From the NCBI GenBank assembly GCA_004431415.1, contig QPMI01000294.1:6315-70314 (forward strand): a stretch of DNA of 64,000 nt. The letters run 5' to 3'. The DNA comes from Cyanophora paradoxa CCMP329 (Eukaryota; Plantae; Glaucophyta). Below are positions 46,834 to 59,019 of the stretch, in pieces. The translations under genes and the position numbers were made by a program. The notes under the pieces were generated by a model. The model was not told where the DNA came from and did no database searches. It saw only the letters and a list, made by a program, of their open reading frames with translations. Numbering within the stretch: position 1 is the first letter of the stretch; every line of letters starts with the position of its first letter.

Positions 46834-47438
46834 ACTCGGCCGGGACTCGCACGCGTCACGGCGTATGGTACTCTCACTGTTACAGTGTTACTCACTGAGT
46901 CAGTACGTACTCAGTGACTACCCGGGTACCGCGGTACTACGGCAATTTTAAGAACCGGCAATTTAAAAACCCGTCTAACATACTGTGTAAGGGCCACAGT
47001 CACTGAGTAAGGCGAGAATGTTTTTTTACTAAGTTACTAAGTTAGTTAGACGAGTATACTGTAAAGCAGGAAATATTTCCGCCGGCTCCGGCGCCGGGCC
47101 GGACTGGCCGGTACGTATAAACCGACCGTACCGTGCACGGTGCACCGTGCACCGTGCACCGTGCACGTGGTAAGCTTGCAGTTGCAATTGTTTGATTGAT
47201 CATGAATTGAGTTTTTGAGCATGTCTAAGGATGTATACGTACATGTCTTACGTACATAGTACCAGCTGCAGTTAGTTTTTGTGGCGGCGACCAATCATCT
47301 GCTTTTATTCCGACCAATCCCAGAAAGGTACCTATTTGTTCAACTTGACAGTCTTGACTTGCCAAGTTGAAAATTGCACTTGCAAACTTGAAACCGAGGC
47401 TTGCAATTGGAAACTTGTGGAAACTCGAAAGTTAACTA

Positions 47439-47689
47439 CCGTGTAACACTTAATTAATGCGCCAGAAATTAATGCGTTTTTGGACCCGGACCCCTACTAT
47501 GGATATTAATGCGGTACCGAATTAATGCGTTTTGAAGCCTTTTGGCTGCTGTAAGGGGGTACATACAGCAGTTTCTTAGCGTTTCGATATTAATGCGGTC
47601 CCAAATTAATGCGTTTTGCCAGCGGAAAACGCATTAATTTGGGATCGACCGCATTACTTAAGTGCGCGCATTACTTAAGTGTTACACGG
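47439..47689. mobile_element. MITE (Tc1/mariner/pogo-like), TIR CCGTGTAACACTTAA
   Basis: TA|CCGTGTAACACTTAA ... TTAAGTGTTACACGG|TC, with internal AATTAATGCG repeats. A related fragment starts near 63774. Confidence 0.75.
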
Positions 47690-48293
47690 TCGGGTAACGT
47701 GCTTAGTAACGTTTAACCACTGGGCCAGGGACCAGGGTACTAGAATACGTATTACGTAATCATCCGAGTCGACGTCATTGATCGAATTAATATTGGCCCA
47801 ATAGGAGCTCGAGTCTTTTGGGACGTCACTCATGATCAGACTGATCATGACTCAGTGAGTCACAGAGTCCGTCACTCATGATCAATTGCAATTTGCATGC
47901 GCAAGCTCTCACCGTGGTCCGTGGCACCGTGGCACTCAGTGTCGAGTCAGTGACTGCCAGTGCGGCAGTGTGCACACTGTCACAGTGTGTGACACTGTGA
48001 CAGTTTCTCTCACCGTGGCACTGCGGCACAGGCCGCACAGCGGCCAACTTGGGCCAACCCGGCCAAGTCGCCGACTCTCCGCCGAGTCTCCGGGATCCGA
48101 GGCTCACTGAGTCACGTACCGTGACGTACGGTACGCGTGCACTGCAATCTGCAGCTGGCAAAGCCTGGCACTGGGCAGCTGCGCCTCGAGCCCATATCAT
48201 GGGCCATATGCATGGGCCATGGCCCGATGATCGGATCATCGGATGCCGCCGCGGCCGCGGGCGCCTGCCGCAGTGCAGCCTGTGCAGGGCCAG

Positions 48294-48844
48294 TAGGACC
48301 GTGGACCGGGCCGGGCCGACCCGGGTCGACCCGGTCGGGTCGGCCAGGCAAGCGGGTCGATCGGGCCGACCTCCCGACCCGGGTCAGACCCGATCCGGGG
48401 CCGAACCGGGTCGACCCGGGCCGGAGGGTCTTGGGTACACCCTTGGGGACCATTCTCCACCTTTCTGAAGTGTTGATAAATGCTGAGATCTTCGTCTATA
48501 TTACACATACTATGTTTATTACACTTATATGTCGCAGAGATGCATGCAGATGTACATGTACAGTGGACGTGGCTCCTTGGTGGAATATACGTACCCCCCA
48601 AAACAGCAGAAGTTCGTTTCCGGAGCGCATAATGCATCTAGATATTGCAAATATTGCATCTTTATAATGTATCTGCTGCATTGTAGCACGTTTTCGATGT
48701 AATTCATCACGTTTGCGGTGTTCTTTCGGTCGAGGGCGGGATCGAAGTACCCCCCCTGAACCGACCCGGGTCGACCCGGTCGGGTCGGCCGGGCGAGCGG
48801 GTCGGGTCGATCGGGCCGACCCCCCGACCCGGTCCACGCCCCTA
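48294..48844. mobile_element. Non-autonomous hAT-like element with 8-bp TSD
   Basis: TSD AGGGCCAG at 48286-48293 and 48845-48852; imperfect TIR TAGGACCGTGGACCGGG / CCCGGTCCACGCCCCTA; subterminal GACCC/GGGTC repeats. Confidence 0.85.
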
Positions 48845-49107
48845 AGGGCCAGTGCAGGCTGCAGCCTGCAGCTGGGCCGGGCCCGGCCGGCCTCGCCAAT
48901 GACTCGCCAATCATTGAATGACCGGACTCGCCATGCCCATGCCATGATGATCATCGGATGGCCCATGGGCCATCAATGGCCCATCATGGCATGGCCCGCA
49001 TGGGCCGGGCGCCCCGCAGGGCCGCAGCGGCGGGCCGGCGGCGCAGCGCTACTGCTTAGTAGGCTAGCCGGGCCGCAGCCGCCGGCGCCGGGATGGGCGT
49101 ATACGTA

Positions 49108-49319
49108 CCGTGTAACAGGAAAATACTGTAACAGGAAAATACTGGATACCAGACTTTTGACTCAGTCCACTAATTTCGAGCTCCACTAATTCCCTGATGA
49201 AACGCGGGCTCATACAGTACCCCCCCCCCAAATTACCGCCCCAGACAAGCAAGAAAGTTTTACGAGGGCCAAGTTTTACGATCCACTAATTTCCGATCTG
49301 GTATTTTCCTGTTACACGG
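49108..49319. mobile_element. MITE with TA TSD, TIR CCGTGTAACAGGAAAATAC
   Basis: TA|CCGTGTAACAGGAAAATAC ... GTATTTTCCTGTTACACGG|TA. Related to 63406-63666. Confidence 0.85.
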
Positions 49320-50749
49320 TAGCGGTAATCGCACGCGGCAAGCTCGCAGTGTCTCGCACCGAGTCGCACGGGAATCTATCGATATCGCCGAGAGTCCCGA
49401 GACCTCGAATTCAGGAAGCCTAATTATATAATTGCAAGGTCCAGGCCGGGCAGAGCCTCAGAGGCCTGGACCCTGGCCATGGGTTCGGCCGCCGGGCGCG
49501 CGCGCGGATCGTGGCACCCCACTGTGACCCCGGCACAGTGACCCCGGCGCCGGCCCACTCGGTGGCACGCCTTCCCCCCCCCCCCCCTCCCCCCCCCCCC
49601 CTCCTGGCACCCCACTGGGCCACTCGGTGCCAGGCCTAGGGGTGGCGCCAGTGGGAGGGGGCCGGGGTATCCGTCGACCTTTACCAGATCTAGACTCGGG
49701 CTCGAGCTCATGATCAGCGGCTCAGAGTCGGACGGTCTCATGATCAGAGTTTATAATTACTGAAATATGCATGCCGCAGCCGCAATACGGCGCAGTACAA
49801 GTACTAGTGAGTGCAGTGCAGCTAAATGTTTTTGTTTTTTGAGAGACTACGTATACGGTGCACGTGGGGCGAACCCCGGCCCCGTCACGGCGTCGGTAGT
49901 GATATTATATATATAAGGGATTACGTATATATACAAAGTAATCACAAATCAAAGATATAGCAGACTATCACAAAGCACATAATCGATATCAAGAGGGATC
50001 ACGAGAAGGGACACGATCGTAAGAACTTTCGGAACGCAAATTAAAGGATAAGGAGCCTCGGAGAACGAGCACGAGGAGAAGCAATAGCAGAGCTGAAGGC
50101 CCTGAGGACTCGGGACACAGCAGAAGGGAACTTTGGAAAGGATATCTAGAAGGGCTCAAGCCTTGAATTTGAAGGACGTCGACGTCGACGCAGCAGTACT
50201 ATAGCTATTAATATTCACACGTGCACTAGAACGACGAGGAGCACGGGGACGCAGTAAATTAAATGAGGGGACTCTGAGAGCGAGCACGTTGGCATAACTT
50301 TTAGTAAAATTAGTACCAGTGGTGCTAGTCTATAGCTAGATCTGAAATCTTAATCACTGTTAGGCCAGAATGTTAGACGTCGCTTTTGTTAGACGTTTGC
50401 CGCCCCCGCTTAAGCTTGATAGACGTGGTCAAAGATAGACAAGCTCGTGCCGCTGCTATGAGCCATTAATATTATACTACTAATGATGCATTTGGTTTTA
50501 GTTAGATCTAGACGAATCGGCTCGCTCGTCCGGCGTCGGATCCGGAGGTCTTGGCCGCTTGATTTGGCCACTGCCTGCAGGCTGCGCATGCGCATATATA
50601 TGCATGAGGTTCTCTCATCATGATCAGCCCCACTGGGCCATATGAGATGAAAGGGGTCACGCCGCGGCGCTGAAAATTTGCCCCCCTGGGCAGCCCCCGC
50701 AGTGCTGGTGTCTAGAGGCTGTGGCCGGGAATTCACCAAAAAAATGATA

Positions 50750-50820
50750 TTTAATTTCATGAGATCGAACCAAAATCTTTAGCCTATAGCCTTTAATTTC
50801 ATGAGATCGAACCAAAATCT
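50750..50820. repeat. 29-bp direct repeat TTTAATTTCATGAGATCGAACCAAAATCT x2
   Basis: Two identical copies separated by 13 bp. Confidence 0.75.
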
Positions 50821-50960
50821 CCTGGGCTGCCGCCGATCCCCGGCAATCTAATGACGCGGCATGCTTAAACAGCAGCACCCCGGCCCATAGTTCGTGCTTG
50901 TGAGTCGAGTTGTGACTACCGTACAAGCTGCAGCGCAGTCGCGACTCACAACTGCCCGCC

Positions 50961-51882
50961 TCACGCGGCGGCGGGGCGGGCGAGGGCAGCCATCAGTCCC
51001 CCCGAGTACTGGAACGACTTCTGCGTCTCCGCCAGGCAGTGGTCTGCCATCCGCGGCCGGGCGCGGCCCGTCATGGTGCGAGGGCGAGGGCTTGAGGACG
51101 ACGGGGCGGGCCCGGGACGCACCCTTCTGCTCGCGGCTCCAGCCGTCAGCCACGGCTTCCAGCTTCTCCTTCACAGCCGCCAGCAGGTCCGTCACCTCGC
51201 CCTCCCACTGGGGTACCCGATTCAGAGGGGGAAGGGATGGGGGTACGGGAGGGGAGCGGCGGGGGGTACGGCACCTTGTAGAACTCGAGGGTACGGCCGT
51301 CCAGCAGCGAGTCGCACAGCATCTTCCCGATCATCTGTGGTGGGTGGGGGGGGGGGGGGGGGGGGGGGGGGGTAAGGGCCTCGGATCTGGCCGCGGGACG
51401 GCGGTCAGGGGGAGGGAAGGGGAGGGAGCGGACCCGGCCGCCTGCGGTATGCGCGAAGTACACGTTCTGCGGGGTACAGCGCCGGTCAGGGGGGCACCGT
51501 TCGCTGCAGGGGGTACGACGGACGTAGAAGTGGCAGATGAACGCGGGGGGGTCGTTCTTGGCCAGGTCCTGTGGGAGGTACGCGTCAACCGGGGAGGGGT
51601 ACATGCTCGGTGACGGGGGTACGGCGCACGGTGAGGAGTGCGGCGTACGCCTTGCCGGCCTCGTTGGGGGCGGGGGCGGAAATACCCTGCGACGCGAACC
51701 TGCGGGCCGTACCCCGGCAATCAGAGCGAGCGGAACGGGACCCGCGCGGATTCGAACCAGGCGATGTCCTTGGCGAGGGCCTCGGAGCGCTCGATGCCCG
51801 TGTTGCGGAACGGCTTGAACTCAGGCCTAGGGGTACGGCAAAACCTCATCAGCGAGCGGGCGGGCGGGGCGCGCGGGGCCGT

Positions 51883-51919
<37 letters not shown>

Positions 51920-52816
51920 CTCGCGCACCTGTCGTCCTGAGCGATGATCGACTCCATCGCGTCGTAGACGACCTTCGAGTCGACGAGGAACTGCGAACGA
52001 AGGCGGTGAGGCCGGGCGGGGCCGTGCGCTTGGCGCCCACGGCGCCCCCGGCACCTGAAGGAAGTCCTCCTTGCGCGGCTTCCACTGCGGGCGACAAGCC
52101 GCATCGGCGCGGATCGAATCGCGCGGAGGCGACGGCGGCGGCGCGGCGGCGGGGCGGGGCGGATCGAATCTCGCCTGGCTCATGGGGACGGATTCCTTCT
52201 TGGCGGGGGCCTCGCCCTCCTTGGGGGCCTGCTCCTTAGTGTGGAGCCGCATCGCCACGGCGCGCTGCGGGCGGGGGCCCGCCGTCGGCGAAGTGGTTCC
52301 GAGCACGAGCATCGAAGCGGAGCGGAGCGGGCGGGCGGACGGGCGGGCGGCGGCGGCGCGGACCATTTCCTGGACGAAGCCGCCCTCGCGCTCGCCCTTC
52401 TTCAGGGCGGCGTGCGGGTGGGCGCCCTTCGGCGGGCCGCCGGGGCCATGTGCGACGACCGAGAAGCGCGGCGAGGCGGTGAACTCGAAAGTCTGCCGGT
52501 GAGCAAGGAAGTAGATCAGGGAACCACGTACACGCCTCAGCGAGCACGGCGGAGAGCCGGCACGGCAGGCCGGCGAGAGGATCTAGAAGGCGGAGGCGTA
52601 CGCGGCGGGACTTGGCCGCCGACGAGAGCTTGGCCCCGAAGAACGAAGCACGAGCACCGGCGACTGCGGAAGAACGGCGTGAGGCGCTGCGCTGGCGGCG
52701 GCCGACGGGCGCGTGCCCTCGTGCCGTGCCGCACCCTGGCTGCACGAGACCGTGCTCGCCGCCGCAGGCGACGAGGACGTCGAGCGGACGACAGCGACGC
52801 CGGTGGTGAAGGCCAT
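50961..52816 (-). CDS. HO1: Plastid-targeted heme oxygenase (plant/algal HO1 type), multi-exon
   Basis: Exons GFVQEM / RAVAMRLHTKEQAPKEGE / FLVDSKVVYD / FRNTGIERSEALAKDIAWF / PAFICHFY / NVYFAHTAGGR / MIGK..LEFYK / WSREQK / HCLAETQKSF. N-terminal MAF.. Ser/Ala-rich transit peptide. Confidence 0.92.
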
Positions 52817-52944
52817 CGCGCGAGGAATCTTTCAGATGTGTATGACGCGAGGATTCGAGGGGTAGGCGAAAAGTTACGCCAGCTGGCCGCAGCGCAGTCG
52901 CAGACCTGCCGGGTCGCGCATATAGATGCACAGCTAGCGCCAAG

Positions 52945-55187
52945 ATGAGCGGCGAGGCGCTGCGGCTCGTGCGCGACGAGAGCGTCGGCCGCGCGTACGT
53001 CGCGGCGCGGGCGATACGGCGCGGCGAGCTGCTCCTCGAGGAGCGCCCGCTGCTCATCGTCTCCCGCGCCGCCATCGACGAGGCGCTCGCGCTCGTCGGC
53101 TGGCCGCCGCCGGTGCGCCTTGCCTGCGTTAAAAGCGGGCGGCCCCGGAGCTGCGGGTCGAGCGGGCGGCGATCTCTGGCCCAGGTCGGCTACGACGACG
53201 AGCCCGAGGAGTGGGGCGCCCCGCGGGACGGCGGCCGCACGCTCGCCGTCGACGTCGCTCGCCTGCGGGCGTACCTTGCGGCGCCGCAGGCGATTAGGGA
53301 CGTCCTTGCGGATCTGTACGCTCCCGAAGACCCGGCCTTTCCCGCCGTGCGGGCCGCCGCGGAGGTCGCCCGCTGGTCCGCTGGGGCCGATTCGCTCCGT
53401 TCGGAATCAAATTCGATCCGCCCGCAGGTTCAAATCGGCCTTTCCCGGCGAGTGCGGCGAGGCCGAAGAGGCGGAGCTCCGGCGCGCGCTGCTCGTTCTG
53501 GACGCGAACGCGCACGACCTCGGCGACAGCGCCGCCGGCGTCTTCCCCGTCCGCCCTTTCTTCCTTCCCTGTACCCCGCAAAGGCAGCCGCGGACCGAGT
53601 ACCCCGCAGCGCAGCGCGATGTTCGCGCACTCGTGCGCCCCCGTCGCCCGCTTCGAGCTGCATACCCCCGACGACGACGACGACGTGCGCGCCGCCCCGT
53701 ACCCCCCTTCCCCCCCAGAATGGCGTACCCCCTTCCCCCGACGCCACCGCCGCAGGGCTCGCCGCCGCTCCTTCGCCACTGGGCGACGGAAGACGTACCC
53801 CCGGGCGCCCTCGTCGCGGTGTCTTACCTGGGACACGGCGTCTGGCGCGCCCCGTACCCCCCTGCCAAGCCGAGCCCCCGCCCGCTGAGCGTGTACCCCC
53901 CTTTCTCTCCGCAGGGCCTCCCGCCGCGTTCGCCGCGCCCTTCTCCGCCAGGTAGGCCAAGATCCCGTACCCCTCTTCCCATTGAGCGCCTCAATTCCCG
54001 CTACCCCCCAGGACAAGTTCTTCGACTGCCGATGCCCGCGCTGCTGTGATCCGCGCGACCCGTGCCGCTCCATGCCCTGCCCCGCGTGCGCGTACCCCTC
54101 CGGCTCCTTCCCGTACCCCCGCACATCCTCTAAACCGTATCCCCAGCTGCTGCGCCCCCCTCCGCCGCCCAGACGGCCTCCTCGACCCTTCTCGTACCCC
54201 ACACGCGCCCCTCCCTCTCGTCTGCCCAGTCCTGGACGAGCGCGGGATCGAAACCTGGCCATGTCTCGCCTGTGGCCGGTCCTTCTCGTACCCCGAGGCG
54301 CTCTTCCCCCCCCCCCCCGACACACCGCCGCCTCCGTTTCTAACGCGTACCCCCGCAGGTCCGCGCGGCCGCCCGCATGTCGGAGGGTACGGAGGACCGC
54401 ATCGAGCGCCAGGTACCCCCTTGCCCTTCCCTTTAGCCCCCTCCGGGGCCGGACGCGAGGGGGCTACAGGTGATCCACTTCGACCGCGCGGTCGGGAGCT
54501 ACGGCGGGCCGGACAGGTGACACCCCCCCTCCTCCTCCTCCTCCCCCCCCCACCCCCTGAACTCCGTACCCCCTCCCAGCCTGGAGGCGCTGGCGCTGAG
54601 GAGGGCGGCGGTGGCGGGGCGGCTGGGCCCGCACCACTGGGCCGCGGTCCGCCTCCGCTTTATAGAAGCCGAGTGCCTCGCGGTGCGCCCTTTCGTCCTT
54701 CTATCTTGCCGTGCCACTGGGCCGCCCTCCGCTTAATTGTAACTTGTTCTTCTTGTTCATATCCTATTTCACTAGGTGCTTCTATCATCATGTAATATGC
54801 ATAGAGCCTAGTTGTTCCGCCCTCTTAAGCGCTCGATGCCTGCCCCCCTCGCCCTATCCCTCCCTTGCAAGTCTCTCCGCCGGCGCCCGCCCGCCCGCCT
54901 CCCCCCCCCTCCCCCCCCCCCCCTCCCGCCCCCCTCCTCTTTCTGAGCACGGGCGGGGCTGGGCTGGGCGGCAGAGCGCGGGGCCGGCCGCCAGGGACGC
55001 CCTCCAGGCCGCAGCCGGCGAGGTGCGCTGCCCGCCTCGGTAAAAGGCCATGCTGCGCCTTCGTTTCTTAGGCCCTAGGCCCGGCCCCCTCTGGCCCGCC
55101 TTAGGCCCTTAGGCCCGGCCCTCTCTGTTCGAACCCTCCGCCGAAGACCGTAGTTGAATGCTGCGCCCTCTTGAGCCCCGGCACCGC

Positions 55188-55219
<32 letters not shown>

Positions 55220-55581
55220 CCTCCCGCCCCCCCTTCTTCCCTTTTGCCGGCTTCGGCCCCGGCCCCGTGTCGTCCCCGCCCCCGCCCCGCGCCCCAGAGC
55301 TCCCGAGTCGGCTCTCTTCACCTGGGCCCGCTGCTCGCCTACCCGACCCCCGCCCCGCGACCCTTCCCCGCCGCTGTTCTCGCCGCATACCCACCACGCC
55401 GAGCCTACAATCGGCCCCTGCCTACCGCGCTCTTAAGCCGCCCCCGCTCGGGCTCCCTGCCTGCCTTACCGGTGCCGCCTCGCCTCGCCGCGCCGCGCAG
55501 ATCGCGGGGTGGCTTGCCAGGGTGGCCGGCCTGGACCCGGGCCCCCTCCTCGCCGACCTCTACGCCCGCCTCCGCCGCTAG
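52945..55581 (+). CDS. SET-domain (SMYD-like) lysine methyltransferase, multi-exon
   Basis: GRAYVAARAIRRGELLLEERPL, LDANAH, MFAHSCAP, ATEDVPPGALVAVSY and post-SET FFDCRCPRC. The 3' end is approximate. Confidence 0.8.
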
Positions 55582-55981
55582 GGCCCGTAGGCGCGCGCGC
55601 CGGGGCCGGCTCCGGGCCGATCTTTCATGTTTGCACTTGCTGCGCACGAAACGGTGCGGGCCGGGGGGCGCCAGAGGCCTGATTGAATTCTTTTATTTCT
55701 TTCATGTTTAATTCTACAGGACAGAATCGCCGATCATTGCCTCCGCCCCCACCGCTAGCTGGGGCCAGCCGGCCCGCGGCCCCCCGATGGATTCGGGTGG
55801 CTCGGCGGTAGTCGACGTCTATCGTAATTAGCACGTCAATGAGTATATATGCATATATTGAAATCAATCGCTGCGTAAATTTAAAGAACCGTTGAATTCT
55901 ACGCCGGCCAGCAGGCTACTAGGCTACTCGGGAGATTGTCGAAGATTCGTGGGGCTACTCGCGCCTAGCTGCCCTGAGCTC

Positions 55982-58300
55982 TTATTTATCGAAGTGCTCG
56001 GGAGGGCCCCGGTACCCGATCCCGTCGCAAGAGACCAGGAACGTCGTCGGGGCCCCCGGGTCCTGCTTCACCTGAGGTCGGGGGGGGGGGGGGGGGGGGG
56101 GGAAGGGGGGAGGGATGGATCAGGGGGGGGCAGGGCACAGAGGCGCGGGGAGTACTTGGCACCTCGAACTTGGCTTGCGTCAGGAGCTCGCAGACCTGCC
56201 GGGGGGGAGTACGTCAGACTGGAGCGGTAGAGCGGGGTACGAAGCCGCCATGGAGGGTACGTGCGCGCGCCTGGATGCAGGTCGTGGCGTGCAGCGTGAG
56301 GGGCGGCGTCCGGATCTGCGGGCGAGGGGGGGATTGAGCGCAGAGGGGTACGGCGCGCCGGAGGGGTACGCACGACAGAGCGGCCCTCCGCGAGCGCCAT
56401 GTACACGAGAAGCTGATCCTGGGGTGCGGGGTACGGGTTTCGCGGGGGTACGTGAGGCTTCAAGAGGTGGAGGGAGGGTACAGACGCGCCTGGAGGTGCT
56501 GGTCAACGCAGGCACCCGTCGCGAGGTCCTCCGTGAGCTGCTGCGCCGCCGTCTGGCCAACCTGGGGGTACGGGATTGGCTTAGGGGGTACGCCGGCGGA
56601 CGGGGCGGGGGCACCTCCTCCGCGCGGACGCCTGCGGCGAAACGAGGCACGAGAGCATTGCCGGGGGCGGGAGTAGGGTGGGCCTGGAGGTAGGGGTACG
56701 AGCTCACCGCGCTCGCCCAGGGCGGAAGCTCCCAGGAGGCAGCCAGCCGAGCTCTCCGCGATGAGCCTGGGGGTGCGGGCTCGATGCGGATTCGGAAGGG
56801 CAGGCGGATTAACGGAGGGAGGGGTACGGACGTGATTCCGGTCCCGTCGCCGAAGGCAGAGTCGCGCGTCTCACGGCGGACCTCCTTTGCGATCTCGACC
56901 TGTACCCCCGTAACGGCAGCGGCGAGCGAGGATTGGGAAGAGGGGGTGTACCCTCTTGCCGAGCTTGGAGCGAAGGAGGGCCTCGGCAGCGGATATCATA
57001 CGGTCGGCGACCTGGGGGGTACGCTTCAGAGAAGGGGGGTGAGGAGGAAAAGGGTTGGAGGAAGCTACGTGAGGGGGTACGGATCCGGCGATGAATGCGA
57101 TGCAGCTGCGCGGGTACGTGTCGTGAGGAGGGGCGGGGAGGGGTACGGCGTGGAGATGGCACGGAGGGGAGGGGTACGGCACCGTACGCGAGTGATGTCG
57201 CCCCGCTCCGTCAGCTGCACAGCCCGCAGCGGCCCTTCCATGGGCCGAGCCTGAGGATCGGGAAGAGAAAAGGGTCAGGGGGGGAGGGAGTGTGGAGGGG
57301 TATAGCGGCGGAGACGCGCCTGCACGTGCACAATGCCGCCGCCCTTGGGGTAGTACCCCCTGCGCGGACCTGAGAAGGTGGGGGACGGGAGGGGAGGGGG
57401 GTACGGGGCACTTCCGCTCGGCCCGCAGATCCACCTCCACTCCGAACCGTGCAAGCGTCGGGCAAAGGACCTGCGCGCCGTCGTACGCCCCTCAGGGGGC
57501 GGCGCCGAGGAGGGAGGGGGGGGGGGGGGGGCGGAGGGGGGGGGGGGAGGGCGGGTAGAGGAAGCGGGCCTCCGTGACGAAGTCCCAGGGGGGCGAGTGG
57601 GACGTGTCGGTGCCGCCCCTGAGCGTGAGCGCCACGGGGGCCGCCCGCGAGGAGGGGTACAGGACGACGGGGAGAGCGATCTGCGGGCGCGGCCGCCTCA
57701 GGAGCGGCGGAGCGCAGTATGGAGCCAGCGGCGCCGTATGGAGGGACGGGGAGGGGGCGGGCCTGCAGGAGGAGCGTGATGGAGCCGGCAGTCCCGGGGT
57801 CCGCCTCGTAGCGGCCCTGCGCGCCGACGGCGGCGCCCGGCGCGAACTCGATCTGCGTGCTGCCGATGCTCCCGCCCTTCAGCGCGCCGCCCGCGAGCGC
57901 CGCGACGAGCCGCAGGCCGGCGAGGTGCTGCGCCGCGAGCCCTGCGGCGCCGGAGCGCGGCGGGATCGGTCGCGGGTCGACGCGGGAACGCGAGGGGCCG
58001 GCGGAGGCGCGGACCGGGCTTGGAGCGACCGGCGCGGATGGAGATGACGGTAAGCGGCTTCCTCAGCAGCGCCGCCAGCGCCACGGACTGCGGCGGCGCC
58101 CGCGGCGGCACTGTCAGCTGTTGACGGGCCGGGCGAGAGCGCTCGGCCCCTCGGGGACGCACGGCCCGCAGAACCTGACCCTGCGCAACGCAAAGGCATC
58201 GGCGACGCGGGCGCAGCGACGGGCGGAGCGGCGGACGCACCCCGCCCTCGCCGATCGAGCCGTCGAGCACGAACGGGGTGCCAGAGCTCGCGGATGTCAT
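55982..58300 (-). CDS. RTCA: RNA 3'-terminal phosphate cyclase, multi-exon
   Basis: LDGSIGEGG / GQVLR, IRAGRSKPG, GYYPKGGG, CVDQHLQ / DQLLVYMALA, TLHATT and C-terminal SCDGIG. Confidence 0.9.
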
Positions 58301-59019
58301 CCGAGAGGAGATAAAAGAGACGCTTTGGACGGAAGCGCCCCGCCGGAGCGCGCTGTGGCCTGCGGGAAAGCCGGCAAGGGCCGCCGCGCTTCTCACCGGT
58401 GTGTTTGCGTACGCGCGCGCCGCTGATCGCAGATTGGACTGTCTGGAGCCGAGAGCTCGCCAGATCGCGGCCGCCGTCGCTCGAGTGACCTCTCTCGGAA
58501 AGTGGAACCGAAACCGGTACCCGTCGAAGCCCGCAACTTTCGAGTCCATCGCGAGCCCGAGATTCATCGAGCGCGCCTCGAGGAGCAGGAGGCCTTCGCC
58601 TTCACTTCTGCACGCGTACGTCAGCGCAGGCCCGCCCGATGGCCGACAGCGGCGATCTCGCTGGCCGGGCCCGCCCGCTTTCGGCGGCGAGCCCGCGCTC
58701 CGCATTCCAGCGGGCGCGCTTCCCACAACACATCGAGCTCCGATTGTGGCCCGCTCTAGATCTATTGCGCCCGCGGGCGCGCAGAGCAGCGGAGATCCGA
58801 CCGCATCGTCGTTCAGCATTTCATCGTCTCTCGCGGGCCCAGGCCCAGCGCATTTGCAGGCGCATGCGGGCATCGCTGGCGGGCGGCGGAGCTCATTCGC
58901 GCGCGTGGAGCGCCCGTCGAGTTCGGCTTCCCAGCGGCAGCCACAGCGCGGACCCGACCCGTCGCGCGCCGGCGCTTGCCCTGTTGATCGCGAGCATGCT
59001 GTCGCGCGCTTTGTACGCG

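Noticed and set aside
49861-50223. Possible solo LTR or insertion flanked by CACGTG
   Set aside because: The flank is palindromic, the termini are ambiguous and there is no second copy in the window.
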